Shown one piece after another: positions 29,836-39,524 of a stretch of DNA of 64,000 bases. The stretch is from positions 2,804 to 66,803 of the forward strand of contig JALHRC010000005.1 of the NCBI GenBank assembly GCA_022841645.1, given 5' to 3'. Both the position numbers and the translations under genes were made by a program. Each line of letters starts with the position of its first letter. Positions within the stretch are counted from its first letter, which is position 1. Origin of the DNA: Minisyncoccota bacterium (GTDB lineage Bacteria; Patescibacteriota; Minisyncoccia; Phycocordibacterales; UBA918). A model generated the notes under the pieces. It saw only the letters and a program-made list of their open reading frames with translations, was not told the origin of the DNA and made no database searches.

Positions 29836-29879
29836 TAACGTAGTGTATGTCAGCCATCGCTTTATGCAATAGCACTTCC

Positions 29880-31148
29880 CTACGCATTCATTCCTGCAAT
29901 ATAGCCTGTGGTCCAACACAGCTGGAGCGAGTAGCCGCCCGAAGGACGACGAATGTGGAGCAAGTCACCGGTGATAAAAAGATTGCCAATCTTTCGTGAA
30001 CGCATCGTTTTAGTGTCGACTTCACCCAGGTGCACCCCACCGTCAGCGACCACCGCTCGATCAAAGCCCATCAGCCCGGTGATGGTGAGCGGTAGGGCCT
30101 TCAGCGACCGACAGAGAAACCGTCGTTCTTCCTTGGTAACACTATGCACTTTCTTTTCAGGGTCAATGGTCGGAAGCGCGGAGAGCAGTGCCGAATAGAC
30201 CCCGGGCAAAAGCGTCTTCAGGGCATTTTTCAAGGTTTTATTTTTCTCGGTAGTAAAAAGGGCGAGCATCTCGGCCGCGAGCGCCGCTTCATCGAGGTCA
30301 GGAAAACAATCGAGCTTTGCTGTCACACTCCCCTTCCATAAAAGATCAGCCACCCTGGGGGAGGCATTGAGAACCGTCGGCCCAGAAATGCCAAAGTGGG
30401 TAAAGAGAATATTCCCCGTTTCGGCAAAGGCCTTTTTCTCATCTACGAGAAACGTCACTTTACCGCGCAGGCTTTTTCCTGAAAGCGCGTGCGACCACCC
30501 CTCGCTGGTCGCCAGTGGCACTATGGTGGGCGACGGTGGACTGACTGTATGTCCGAGGTCAGAAAGCCAGGCAAAGCCGTCACCGGTCGAGCCAGTTTCC
30601 GGGTGCGAAACGCCGCCAGTCGCAAGAACATACGACCGCGCGGTATACTCGACACCTCCCGCCGTCACGCTGGTGATGGTGCCGTCACGCACCATCACCT
30701 TTGTCACCGCTGCAGCTGTCTTTACCACCACCCCGGCTGTCTTGAGTGCTTTTTCAAATACACGTACTACGTCTGGAGCTTTTTGGCTTTTTGGAAACGC
30801 TCGCAAGTTTTCTTCGACGACAAGGGGGAGCTGTCGTTCTTCGAAGAACGCGAATGTTTCCGGCACTCCAAAACGCGCAAAGGCAGCGTAGAGGGCCTGT
30901 TCGGCCTCACCATATTTTTTAAGCAGTGTACGCACATCCATCTCGGCGTTTGTGATATTGCACCGCCCACCGCCCGAGATACGCACCTTATTGCCTAGTT
31001 CTCGGTTTTTCTCGAGTAGGAGCACCCGTTGCCCACGTTCGGCGGCCACAGCAGCGGCCATCAGGCCCGAAGCTCCACCCCCAATGACAATGACATCATA
31101 TGTTTCATTGCCGCCAATCTTTTTAGCAACCCCACTTTTCATGGTCAT
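29880..31148 (-). CDS. HI0933/BaiN-family flavoprotein
   Basis: GGGASG, SGGGRCNITN, TGSTGDG, FTHFGISGP, GGYSLQ. Confidence 0.9.
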   Translation of the reverse strand: MTMKSGVAKKIGGNETYDVIVIGGGASGLMAAAVAAERGQRVLLLEKNRELGNKVRISGGGRCNITNAEMDVRTLLKKYGEAEQALYAAFARFGVPETFAFFEERQLPLVVEENLRAFPKSQKAPDVVRVFEKALKTAGVVVKTAAAVTKVMVRDGTITSVTAGGVEYTARSYVLATGGVSHPETGSTGDGFAWLSDLGHTVSPPSPTIVPLATSEGWSHALSGKSLRGKVTFLVDEKKAFAETGNILFTHFGISGPTVLNASPRVADLLWKGSVTAKLDCFPDLDEAALAAEMLALFTTEKNKTLKNALKTLLPGVYSALLSALPTIDPEKKVHSVTKEERRFLCRSLKALPLTITGLMGFDRAVVADGGVHLGEVDTKTMRSRKIGNLFITGDLLHIRRPSGGYSLQLCWTTGYIAGMNA

Positions 31149-31724
31149 TTAGTATATACCCGAGGCCATAAACTTCCTTAGGTTCGCACCCTGCCTCCAG
31201 ACCACTCCCTCTCGCAGTAAATAAAATAGTGGTGTGAACCAGCCAGTAGCGCTAAGCTCCAAGACGGTGGCATCAATTATGCGCAACTCTCCAGAGTCAA
31301 TAATAAAGATATTGGTGAGACCGCCAGTAAACACGCCTTCTCGGCCGATCAGATCAATATGACACTTCTCAGAATCAACCATTACGCTATACCTACGCAT
31401 TAGCTCGGCAAACTGATTTTTTATACCTATGTCCTCTAAATCCTTACGCATGAGCGGACGGCCGACAATCTTTGGCTGGATATGCACGACATGTCTACCA
31501 CTAGCAGATACCGCGATGTCTGTCTCCAAAACAAAATTCTCCAAATATTTCTTGCACAACTCATAATCTTGCCTTGCCTTTCCTGCAGCTTTACGACCGA
31601 GAAAGTAATACAATAGCGAAAACTTTATGACTTGATTGTTTCCATAGTCATACACTATATGCTCACCTCCCCATGCAAGAAGTTTACCGATTTTTGATCT
31701 ATCGTACGTAATCATTGGATTCAA
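31149..31724 (-). CDS. Hypothetical protein, possible kinase-like fold
   Basis: GGEHIVY...VIK, NIF...IID. Confidence 0.5.
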   Translation of the reverse strand: MNPMITYDRSKIGKLLAWGGEHIVYDYGNNQVIKFSLLYYFLGRKAAGKARQDYELCKKYLENFVLETDIAVSASGRHVVHIQPKIVGRPLMRKDLEDIGIKNQFAELMRRYSVMVDSEKCHIDLIGREGVFTGGLTNIFIIDSGELRIIDATVLELSATGWFTPLFYLLREGVVWRQGANLRKFMASGIY

Positions 31725-31887
31725 GAAGTGTAATAAGTTCTAGTGTTCAATACTCTCTTTCAATATACCGGTCTAAAAGTAGAGGTACCGCCGCCCACAC
31801 TAACGTCGTAGAACGTCGAATCATTCCCCTCCTTTACTTTCAAACTTCTCATGCCCTTTGAGTATATACCCTCTAAACGTCATAACT

Positions 31888-31927
31888 TCATGTACTGCAT
31901 TAAATACGTATTTAATGCAGTACATGA
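31888..31927. repeat. 40-bp perfect palindrome, family copy 3
   Basis: TCATGTACTGCATTAAATAC|GTATTTAATGCAGTACATGA. Confidence 0.95.
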
Positions 31928-31977
31928 GAATATAGCTAGAACGTTACCAAAGCCTGATCTGGTTCACGGCAATAAAA

Positions 31978-32505
31978 CTATTCTTCAACTGCCTCAAGCA
32001 GCGTAAAGGCAGCGCCTTTTGCTTCGATATCGGCCATGGTTAACCCGCCCTTACTCGCACCATAGCGCTCCATGAGCACCTTCTTCAATGACTCAGGGTC
32101 AGTGATAGTTCCAATCGAGTGCTCAAAGTATTTGGGCGAAAGTGTATCGATGGGCAGATTATGTTCCGCGAGAGTGCACTTCATGACCCGCGCCCCTACG
32201 AGAGAGAGGAGCGGTGGCCTCTCCTCGCTGTGGGCAGTTTTGTACGTGCCGTGACGAATGATCGTAACCAAAAGATAGTTGCTGCCAGCACGGTGAATGG
32301 TGGCGCCCAAATTAAAGTGACCAATCACCGGCTGGCCATCCGCTACCGCGGCAAACTCGGCCTTGGGTATGCGAATAAGACACGCCACGCCATAGCGCTT
32401 GAGCACCTCCTCGTACGGCACCAGCACCTCCTTCTCTCCCTCGAGCAAAAATACCATTCTCGGTGGCGTAGGCGGCACGGTAGCGGTAGCGAGGGTTTCA
32501 GACAT
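31978..32505 (-). CDS. Hypothetical protein
   Basis: 175-aa ORF with -10 TATACT upstream. Confidence 0.6.
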   Translation of the reverse strand: MSETLATATVPPTPPRMVFLLEGEKEVLVPYEEVLKRYGVACLIRIPKAEFAAVADGQPVIGHFNLGATIHRAGSNYLLVTIIRHGTYKTAHSEERPPLLSLVGARVMKCTLAEHNLPIDTLSPKYFEHSIGTITDPESLKKVLMERYGASKGGLTMADIEAKGAAFTLLEAVEE

Positions 32506-32570
32506 GGTGGGAAAACTAGTATAAACAAGCTGCTACTTTTTGCCAGGCCAGTACTTCCCAGTCACCCCTA

Positions 32571-32824
32571 TCAATTCAACACCACAATCATCGCATTAAG
32601 GTAGGTGGCAAATGCTACCCACAGCAGGTACGGGACAAGCAGCGCAGCAGCAAGCGTGCTCCAGCGAGCAAAGACCACGAGCGTAGTAACGAAAGTAGCA
32701 AAAGTGCCGCAATAACTACGAGCGCTAGCTCTATTGAGCACATGGTAGTAGTGGTTCCCTACATTAACCCGAGCAGCTCGCGGCATTGATTAACTGTATC
32801 ATAAAGGCTCCTGACCCTTTTTGC
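32571..32824 (-). pseudogene. RAYT (Y1) transposase N-terminus fused to TspO/MBR C-terminus, with REP-like end
   Basis: MPRAARVNVGNHYYHVLNRASAR joined to LAAALLVPYLLWVAFATYLN; AAAGGCTCCTGACCCTTT at 32803-32820. Confidence 0.7.
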
Positions 32825-32905
32825 GAAGCTAATCTCCGGAGCTGCAAAACATCACTCTAAAAATTGGTACGGCTGCTAGCTGCCTGGGCTGATGTTAGAA
32901 ACCAT

Positions 32906-33337
32906 TTAATGCATTAACCCATTAGCTACTAGGTAGCGAGCCACTGCTACTCTCGTGTACTCACTTGCAAAGATGACGCGTATAGCCTCATATTCCTGCT
33001 GCCCAGCTAGGTACTTATAGAGATATGAATTGACCATAGCTAGACGAGAAATTTCTTCCCCCAACGCTTCGTCACCTATAGCGAGGTAGGGTGCAAGGTA
33101 TCTCTTAAGTTTTCTTCCCTCCTCACTGGAAGCCATTTGCTTTAGTGCATGGTCTGCACTCGCTGAACCTTCACTATCACCATCAGTGTAAAGGAGGTGC
33201 GTTACATCAGTCTGTAACCGAGACATTATCCGCATCATTTCCTCCATCCTAGGATCAATAATAAATCCTTGGATTGGTAAATTTGAGACGTAATAGCCTT
33301 TTGACATTGCACTAGTGTAGCATTTATGGTTGTCCAT
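32906..33337 (-). CDS. Hypothetical protein
   Basis: 143-aa ORF. Confidence 0.55.
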   Translation of the reverse strand: MDNHKCYTSAMSKGYYVSNLPIQGFIIDPRMEEMMRIMSRLQTDVTHLLYTDGDSEGSASADHALKQMASSEEGRKLKRYLAPYLAIGDEALGEEISRLAMVNSYLYKYLAGQQEYEAIRVIFASEYTRVAVARYLVANGLMH

Positions 33338-33414
33338 TTGGGACTAGGCTGGAACACTTCCCTGTCTTGGACGATGTTAGAACTCTTCTGGTTCCCATGC
33401 GCTACAATAACGAT

Positions 33415-33681
33415 ATGCAGTCGCTGGAATATGTAACCGTTTTAATAGGTGCCACATTGCCAGCTCTAAGCTTTCTAATGCAATATCATTTCAGTGCTAA
33501 AGCCGGTACCCTGGATGCATTCAAAAGACACCAAATGGTGTACTGGGGGGACTGGCTTCTTGTACCCTTCGCTGCAATAGTTGGGCTACTCGTCAACTGG
33601 GCGAACATTGCATGGCTGTTAGCACCCTGCCTAAAAGTCAATATCTGCTGGCCGTCTGGGACGAGATTAGAATTTTTATAG
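33415..33681 (+). CDS. Hypothetical membrane protein, possibly truncated
   Basis: TACAAT -10 then ATG; TM helices. Confidence 0.4.
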   Translation: MQSLEYVTVLIGATLPALSFLMQYHFSAKAGTLDAFKRHQMVYWGDWLLVPFAAIVGLLVNWANIAWLLAPCLKVNICWPSGTRLEFL

Positions 33682-34317
33682 AAAAGTCTTAATATCAGAA
33701 AGTTCATGCACAACTTTCCAAGCGGATTCTTTCACAACCTCCGGCGCATTGGTAAAAGTAACTCCTCGATTAGTTGCCTTGAAAAGCTCAATATCATTTG
33801 CTCCATCACCAATACAGAGACACTCCGACATGTCTATTCCCTCCCGTGAACAGAAGTTTTCTAGATGCTGGAGCTTTGCGTATTTTTCCTCTCCCTGACT
33901 CGCCACTTCCGAGAGAAATCCCGCATCATCAAAAAGTAATCTGGTGTTGGCTTTACGTAGTGGAATAGTCAATTTATCAGCAACTAAATCTACCAGCACA
34001 TCAAAAGAACCAGAAATAATTGCCGATTGATAGTTCTTTTGATGAAGATACGTGACCAGATCTGTGGCTCCCTCCTTCAACTCATAAGCGGATAAGGCAG
34101 TGATTATATTTTCTCTCGTAGCAAGTCCACGCTCCTTGTACAAAGTCACTAGCTTGGACGTCCACTCGTCGTATGGCAACTCCCCTCTCACGTACGCTTC
34201 GTACATTTCCAAGTCCTCTTCAGGAGTAATACCGAGTGCGATATTTAAAACATACCAACTGTTTTGCTTTATGAGAGTCTCATCCATATCAAAACAGATG
34301 AGTTTGACCTTATTCAT
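33676..34317 (-). CDS. HAD-IB phosphatase (SerB-like)
   Basis: FDMDETL, ISGS, GDGAND. Confidence 0.88.
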   Translation of the reverse strand: MNKVKLICFDMDETLIKQNSWYVLNIALGITPEEDLEMYEAYVRGELPYDEWTSKLVTLYKERGLATRENIITALSAYELKEGATDLVTYLHQKNYQSAIISGSFDVLVDLVADKLTIPLRKANTRLLFDDAGFLSEVASQGEEKYAKLQHLENFCSREGIDMSECLCIGDGANDIELFKATNRGVTFTNAPEVVKESAWKVVHELSDIKTFL

Positions 34318-34368
34318 AGTGAAAGTATAGCAAAAGTTCTGCCGTCACCGACCGGTACCAAATTTTCG

Positions 34369-34544
34369 CTATGAGAAACAAGTTTCAAAGAGCCCGTACG
34401 CTTCCTTCGTATCAAATAAAATCAAACGAGCGCTGGCTCGGTTGAGCACATGGAAATAGTGGTTTTTTACATCCACCCGAGCAGCCCGTGGCATTGATAG
34501 ATTGTATCACAAAAGGCTCCTGACCCCTTTTTGCCCCTTTTTGC
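34369..34544 (-). pseudogene. Second RAYT transposase remnant with REP-like end
   Basis: ATG 34494: MPRAARVDVKNHYFHVLNRASARLILFDTKEAYGLFETCFS*; AAAGGCTCCTGACCCCTTT upstream. Confidence 0.7.
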
Positions 34545-34566
34545 AATTGTTGCTTTCATAAGCTAA

Positions 34567-34782
34567 CTAAATGAAATCTTGAGGAGTGAGTTGCGACTGC
34601 CGCAAAATGGAACGAAATGTGCCGTGCGGTATCTCTTTCTTATTGGCCGGAACAATCACTGTGAGAGTTTCCTCCTCGCCGATTTTGCGGTATTTCACAT
34701 GACTGCCCCTTTGGGACACAAAGTTAAAATTGTTTCTCTCTAGAATGGAAATTATACGGTCAGAGGAATGTAATCTCGGCAT
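34567..34782 (-). CDS. hicA: HicA toxin
   Basis: SQRGSHVKY, VIVP, EIPHGTFRSILRQ. Confidence 0.9.
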   Translation of the reverse strand: MPRLHSSDRIISILERNNFNFVSQRGSHVKYRKIGEEETLTVIVPANKKEIPHGTFRSILRQSQLTPQDFI

Positions 34783-34785
34783 GCA

Positions 34786-34989
34786 TTACACCGAGACTAT
34801 TTCAGGTTCTTCTACTATAAAAACGACATCATCGGATGCGTCTTCAAAATAAAGTTCAAGAGCTTCTCGGAGATTTTTGAGTGCTTCTTCCTTTGAAGAT
34901 CCGAAGCTTGAAATATCCACATTTAAAGACTGAGCAACGTATTGATTGCCTTCTTTCCAAACTACATTTTTAAAATCTGCAATATCCAT
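34786..34989 (-). CDS. hicB: HicB-like antitoxin (short form)
   Basis: KEGNQYVA, SSFGSSKEEALKNLREALELYFE. Confidence 0.88.
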   Translation of the reverse strand: MDIADFKNVVWKEGNQYVAQSLNVDISSFGSSKEEALKNLREALELYFEDASDDVVFIVEEPEIVSV

Positions 34990-35090
34990 ACCTTACAATA
35001 ATACAATACTTTAGACTAAAAGTATAGCAAACACGAGCAGAAAATTGGGGGGCATCCACTATTTCCCGTATTCTTGTGATGTAGTTTTTG

Positions 35091-35161
35091 CTGCCGGTCA
35101 GGGACTCGAACCCCAATAGCTGGTACCAGAAACCAGAGTCCTACCATTAGACGAACCGGCA
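35091..35161 (-). tRNA. tRNA-Gln(CTG)
   Basis: Cloverleaf TGCCGGT...ACCGGCA, anticodon arm CTGGT-TTCTGGT-ACCAG, GGTTCGAGTCC. Confidence 0.93.
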
Positions 35162-35218
35162 ATGTCTTCTTATCAGCCCTCTTCTGGTCGCACTATAGTG
35201 CCAGAAAATGACAAAAAC

Positions 35219-35851
35219 TCAAGGCTTGAGGTGCGAACTGCGGCCGTGGGAAAGGAGGTGCCAGGTGCACTTCTCTTTTCCGTCTTCAGTGCTACAGCGC
35301 AAGTGCGTTACACCAGTATTCTTGTGCGTCAGGATACGCAAAAAGCGCCACGCGGCTTGCGGAAGCGGCATGCGCTTCTCCCGACTGCGGTACGCAACAA
35401 AAAAGTTAATGAGGACGGAGTGTGAGACCACAACTATTCGTGCGTCTTTCGGAAACGATTCTAGGTACTGCCGGGCCGCCAAAAGACGCTCTATAAACTG
35501 CACGTACGTCTCGCCATCGCCGTAGCTGGCGCCATAAAACCAACCTATGATGTACTTGAGCGTCTCGAGTCCCACAAAGCGCCGACCAATGATTTCGGTC
35601 GGGCGATGCAGTTCTTCAAACAGTACTTGTGTGTCGGGGATGAGCCCGGTCGCGTCCGCAATCGCCCGCGCCGTTTCTACCGCCCGAAGATTGGTACTAG
35701 TGATGAGGTGGGTCGGAGCAAAATCAACCACCACTGAAAGCAGCTGCTCGACCTGTACCTTTCCTATTTCATTAAGCTTCGTATTGGGGTGCTGGTGTCG
35801 CCGCGCCCGGTTGCCATCGGTTTGTCCGTGGCGGATCAAGAGTACGTCCAT
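35219..35851 (-). CDS. Histidine phosphatase family protein
   Basis: LIRHGQT, RAVETA, VVSH. Confidence 0.88.
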   Translation of the reverse strand: MDVLLIRHGQTDGNRARRHQHPNTKLNEIGKVQVEQLLSVVVDFAPTHLITSTNLRAVETARAIADATGLIPDTQVLFEELHRPTEIIGRRFVGLETLKYIIGWFYGASYGDGETYVQFIERLLAARQYLESFPKDARIVVVSHSVLINFFVAYRSREKRMPLPQAAWRFLRILTHKNTGVTHLRCSTEDGKEKCTWHLLSHGRSSHLKP

Positions 35852-35854
35852 AGC

Positions 35855-36901
35855 CTACTTGCCCTCCTTGGTTGTCACATCGATAATGGCGAGCTCAAAG
35901 GGCAGTGACGGTATGGGGGAACGAGCCAGCTGCTCGGAAGCGGTGAGAAAACGCAGGAGGAGGTGGGAATTAAGCGGTGAGGCGGCGCCACTTTTCGCGA
36001 GCGTGGTGAGCGACTCTCTCGCCGCCTCACCGAAGGGAGCAAGGATGTCCGCGGTGCTCCCCGGCATATGCCGAAGCAGCAGCACCGCGCGGACATGCTC
36101 GAGAAACAGCCGCATAAAAATATCCATACTCACATGGGTGGCGGTAGCGTCGGCGACAGCCGAGAGCGCCTCGGCAGTGTCTTTCTCGTGAAGGGCGCCA
36201 AGGAGGCGCAGGAGAAGGGCCACCCTGGGCGCACCGATGATGGCCGCTACTTCATCGGCACTTCCGATGGTGTCGCCAGAGGCGAGGATGACCTTCTGTG
36301 TGATTCCGAGCGCGTCGCGGAAGGAACCATCGGCCGCCACGGCAATCAAATCGGCCGCGTCGGGCGCAAGAGCGAAGCCTTCCTTGCGGGCCACTTCAGT
36401 TACTGTTTCTGCGAGAACCGCCCGACTGGGCGCCCGAAAGCGAAAGACCTGACAGCGCGAAGTAATGGTATCGAGGAGCTTGTCTTCTTCGGTGGTCGCT
36501 AAAATAAACACCACATGCGCGGGCGGTTCTTCGAGGGTCTTGAGGAGCGCATTGAACGCCTCTTTAGTGAGCATGTGCACCTCGTCGATGATGTACACCT
36601 TGTACTTTGATTCGTACGGCACAGTGTGGACCGCTTCGCGTAGTTCACGCACGTCGTCGATACCACGATTACTCGCGGCATCAATTTCGTAGAGATCGAG
36701 CTCGCTGGTACCCAGAGCGCGGGCAAATAGCCGGGCTGTACTGGTCTTCCCCGTACCACGCGAGCCACAGAAAAGGAGCGCGTGCGGAATCTCGCCCTTC
36801 TTGAGTGCTCCTTCAAGCACACGAATAATGTGCTCTTGGTCACGCACTTCGGCAAAGGTCTGCGGGCGGTATTTGCGGTAGAGGGCGGTGGCGGCGGTCA
36901 T
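35855..36901 (-). CDS. dnaX: DNA polymerase III subunit gamma/tau
   Basis: [40 protein letters not shown]. Confidence 0.95.
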   Translation of the reverse strand: MTAATALYRKYRPQTFAEVRDQEHIIRVLEGALKKGEIPHALLFCGSRGTGKTSTARLFARALGTSELDLYEIDAASNRGIDDVRELREAVHTVPYESKYKVYIIDEVHMLTKEAFNALLKTLEEPPAHVVFILATTEEDKLLDTITSRCQVFRFRAPSRAVLAETVTEVARKEGFALAPDAADLIAVAADGSFRDALGITQKVILASGDTIGSADEVAAIIGAPRVALLLRLLGALHEKDTAEALSAVADATATHVSMDIFMRLFLEHVRAVLLLRHMPGSTADILAPFGEAARESLTTLAKSGAASPLNSHLLLRFLTASEQLARSPIPSLPFELAIIDVTTKEGK

Positions 36902-36923
36902 AACGCGGTCTAGTATACCAGGT

Positions 36924-37799
36924 TTATTCAAAACGAATGGACGTGGCCACAAATTCCCGTAGCGTCGCTGTGTCGGCTGCCAAATTCTCACTCCCCAGTA
37001 TCACGTAGCCAATCGGCCGCCGGCCGGCCCGGAAGGGTTCGTCGAAGAAGGCAAGAATGGTCCGGCCGGCGGCCTGCGTATACCCATGCTTGCCCCCGAG
37101 GTACGCTCCTTCGCTCGCCACCGGACTATTGTTTACCCAGCCTGTCTTTGCCCCAATATGCTGCGAGAGACTCGAGAGGCTCATAAGATACTTCTCTTCT
37201 TTAAACAGTCGTGTACCTAAAAGCGTGAGATCGTAAGCACTCGCTACATTGCGGTCACTGAGACCCGAGGCGTCCACAAACTGCGTCGCACCGGTGCCGG
37301 CAGAACTGGCGTAGGCGTTCATGGCAGCAATGAGCGCACCCTCCTCTGCACGCTCGAGGGCAGCGGCAGCGTCGTTCGATGACTCGAGGAGCAAGGGAAA
37401 TAAAAGTTCACGATAGCTGTACTGCTCGCCGGCCTCGAGCTTCCCTGCCCGCCCCTCGGCGGCTACATCAGCGGCCGTGACAACCGTCGTGGCTTCCAGG
37501 TCGACCAGTGAGCGGAGAGCGGCGGCAGCGGGCAGCTTGGTCACTGAGGCTATGGGGTACGGCGTCTCGATATCTGCCCCAGCGAGCAAGGCACCGGTGC
37601 TCGCGTCAAACACAGCAAATGCTCGCGCGGTCGAAAGAGCCGGCGGCGCGGCGTCAATATGAAAGACGGGTGTCGGCGACAGAGTACTCTCATAGTGCTC
37701 CGCTGCAACAATTGCCAGATACAAACTAAAAGCTACCGAACATAAAAAGATGAGCGATACCTTACCGACCAAAAACCAAAAAACGAAACGACGAACCAT
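36924..37799 (-). CDS. D-alanyl-D-alanine carboxypeptidase (S11) family
   Basis: ASVTK, SSND, K-H-G in place of KTG. Confidence 0.8.
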   Translation of the reverse strand: MVRRFVFWFLVGKVSLIFLCSVAFSLYLAIVAAEHYESTLSPTPVFHIDAAPPALSTARAFAVFDASTGALLAGADIETPYPIASVTKLPAAAALRSLVDLEATTVVTAADVAAEGRAGKLEAGEQYSYRELLFPLLLESSNDAAAALERAEEGALIAAMNAYASSAGTGATQFVDASGLSDRNVASAYDLTLLGTRLFKEEKYLMSLSSLSQHIGAKTGWVNNSPVASEGAYLGGKHGYTQAAGRTILAFFDEPFRAGRRPIGYVILGSENLAADTATLREFVATSIRFE

Positions 37800-37872
37800 A
37801 ACAGTGACTCCCCCATACTAGCAACTCCCCGCCGTTTGGCGGGGAGTTGTGTCCACTGTCTAATGCCGGGGT

Positions 37873-38382
37873 CTATTTCTTGGTTACCTTCTTCGAGACA
37901 GCCTTCGCTGGAGCCTTCCTGGCGACTGCTTTGACTGCCGTCTTCACGGCGGCTTTTGCCTTAGCTTTCGCCTTAGGAGCTTCTGGCATCGCACGTTTGG
38001 CAGCGGCTACAGCGCCTACTGCATTTTTAGCGATTACTTTCCAACCATCCTTCATTTCCTTCTGAAACTTAGCGAGGTCAGTCTTGGAAATTTTCTTAAT
38101 TTCGGCATGTGCCTTGCCTACCTTATCGATAAGATCTTTGTATTCCTGCTCGCTCATCGTCTTGGCTTTCTCAAGGCCCTTTACCACTTCTTTCTTGGCA
38201 TCCTCTACCCACCCAGCAACGGTCTTGCGATTTTGCTTGGCATTCTTACTGCCGTAAAGAAAGTAGGCTCCGGCAGCGGCTACCGCCGCTGCGGTAAGTC
38301 CTGCCCCCACACCCACCTTTGCACCCGTACTTATCTTTGCTTTCTTATCGACCGCAGCTGACTGTTTTTTTGGTGTTGCCAT
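37873..38382 (-). CDS. Hypothetical membrane-anchored protein with Lys/Ala-rich tail
   Basis: AAAGAYFLYG TM segment; K/A-rich C-terminus. Confidence 0.75.
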   Translation of the reverse strand: MATPKKQSAAVDKKAKISTGAKVGVGAGLTAAAVAAAGAYFLYGSKNAKQNRKTVAGWVEDAKKEVVKGLEKAKTMSEQEYKDLIDKVGKAHAEIKKISKTDLAKFQKEMKDGWKVIAKNAVGAVAAAKRAMPEAPKAKAKAKAAVKTAVKAVARKAPAKAVSKKVTKK

Positions 38383-38403
38383 AGGAATGATAGTTAGAAG
38401 TTT

Positions 38404-38700
38404 TTATTCGTCATCTTGTGTGTCCACAGACTCGGCCGCCTTGCCCTTGCGAGAACGCGCGCGTGGTGAGGCGCCGAAGAGACCTAAGATGCGGGCCACG
38501 CCGCCGCGCATGAAATTGCGCACAAAAGCGACATCATCGGCAATCACCTCACTACCCTCTTCGATACGTTCAACGATACGTCGCAGCGAACGGACGATCT
38601 TGTACGCGTGGTACAAGATAAAGCATACGAACACACAAAACAGAACGGTCGCCACACTAGCAATAACAAAGAATATATTGGCGTGCAGTATTTCGTTCAT
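38404..38700 (-). CDS. Hypothetical membrane protein
   Basis: N-terminal TM plus coiled coil. Confidence 0.7.
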   Translation of the reverse strand: MNEILHANIFFVIASVATVLFCVFVCFILYHAYKIVRSLRRIVERIEEGSEVIADDVAFVRNFMRGGVARILGLFGASPRARSRKGKAAESVDTQDDE

Positions 38701-38839
38701 TACTTCTAGTGTACCAGTGAATCGCTAAAGCACGAAAGCCTATACACAAACGTGATCAAAAATGAGAGGTCGGTGAGGAAAGTAAAGTGAGTAATGCATA
38801 AGGGCGCTGGCTTCGCCAGCGCCCTACTTCCTCTCCATC

Positions 38840-39451
38840 TCACGAATCCTCCACCCAAGCCCGCAATTTAGCGAGCTTTTTTGGTGCAAGAATTGCGTGA
38901 CCACTGCGATGTCGATCAAACATGACCTGGTAGATTTCCGCAGGTGTTGCGAGGACAGTGAGTGGTACGCCCACGTCGGCAAACCGCTTTTTTGCTTCGG
39001 CCGGCCGGTGAGCAACCAAACACAACGCTTCAGTAACTACCGCCCCCGCCCGACGCAACGTCTCGATCGCCCCGATCAGCGATCCACCTGTTGTCACGGC
39101 ATCTTCGATGACCACCATCCGCCGACCCCTGACCGGCCCTCCTTCGATCAACTTGCGCAAGCCATGCGATTTTGCTTCGCCACGAACGGCAAAGTGAGCT
39201 CGCTTGGTAAGCAGCGCAACCGCGGGAGAGAACATGACGCCACCCAAAGCCACTCCGGCTAGAGCATATTTATCCAGTTCGGATAGGTATTCAGCAATGG
39301 CTACAGCAGCAGCCGGAAAACACCGTTCGTCACCGCACACCTTACGACAATCAACATACACCGAGAGAAGACGACCTGACTTGCCTCTGGTCGGTCTACT
39401 GCGGACCTTCACTGCACCAGCTATCACCACTATTTCTGCTATGGTAGGCAT
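38840..39451 (-). CDS. pyrE: Orotate phosphoribosyltransferase-like
   Basis: KSGRL..VYVDCR, KSHG, VIEDAVTTGGS. Confidence 0.8.
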   Translation of the reverse strand: MPTIAEIVVIAGAVKVRSRPTRGKSGRLLSVYVDCRKVCGDERCFPAAAVAIAEYLSELDKYALAGVALGGVMFSPAVALLTKRAHFAVRGEAKSHGLRKLIEGGPVRGRRMVVIEDAVTTGGSLIGAIETLRRAGAVVTEALCLVAHRPAEAKKRFADVGVPLTVLATPAEIYQVMFDRHRSGHAILAPKKLAKLRAWVEDS

Positions 39452-39524
39452 TTTGTTTTTCTCCCCAACCGCGTCTCTAAAAAACTACTCTAGCGCATTG
39501 CACAAAAAACACAATCAGGCTGAT

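Noticed and set aside
18797-35000. Prophage or classical integron
   Set aside because: No phage structural genes, no integrase, and no canonical attC RYYYAAC/GTTRRRY boxes recognised
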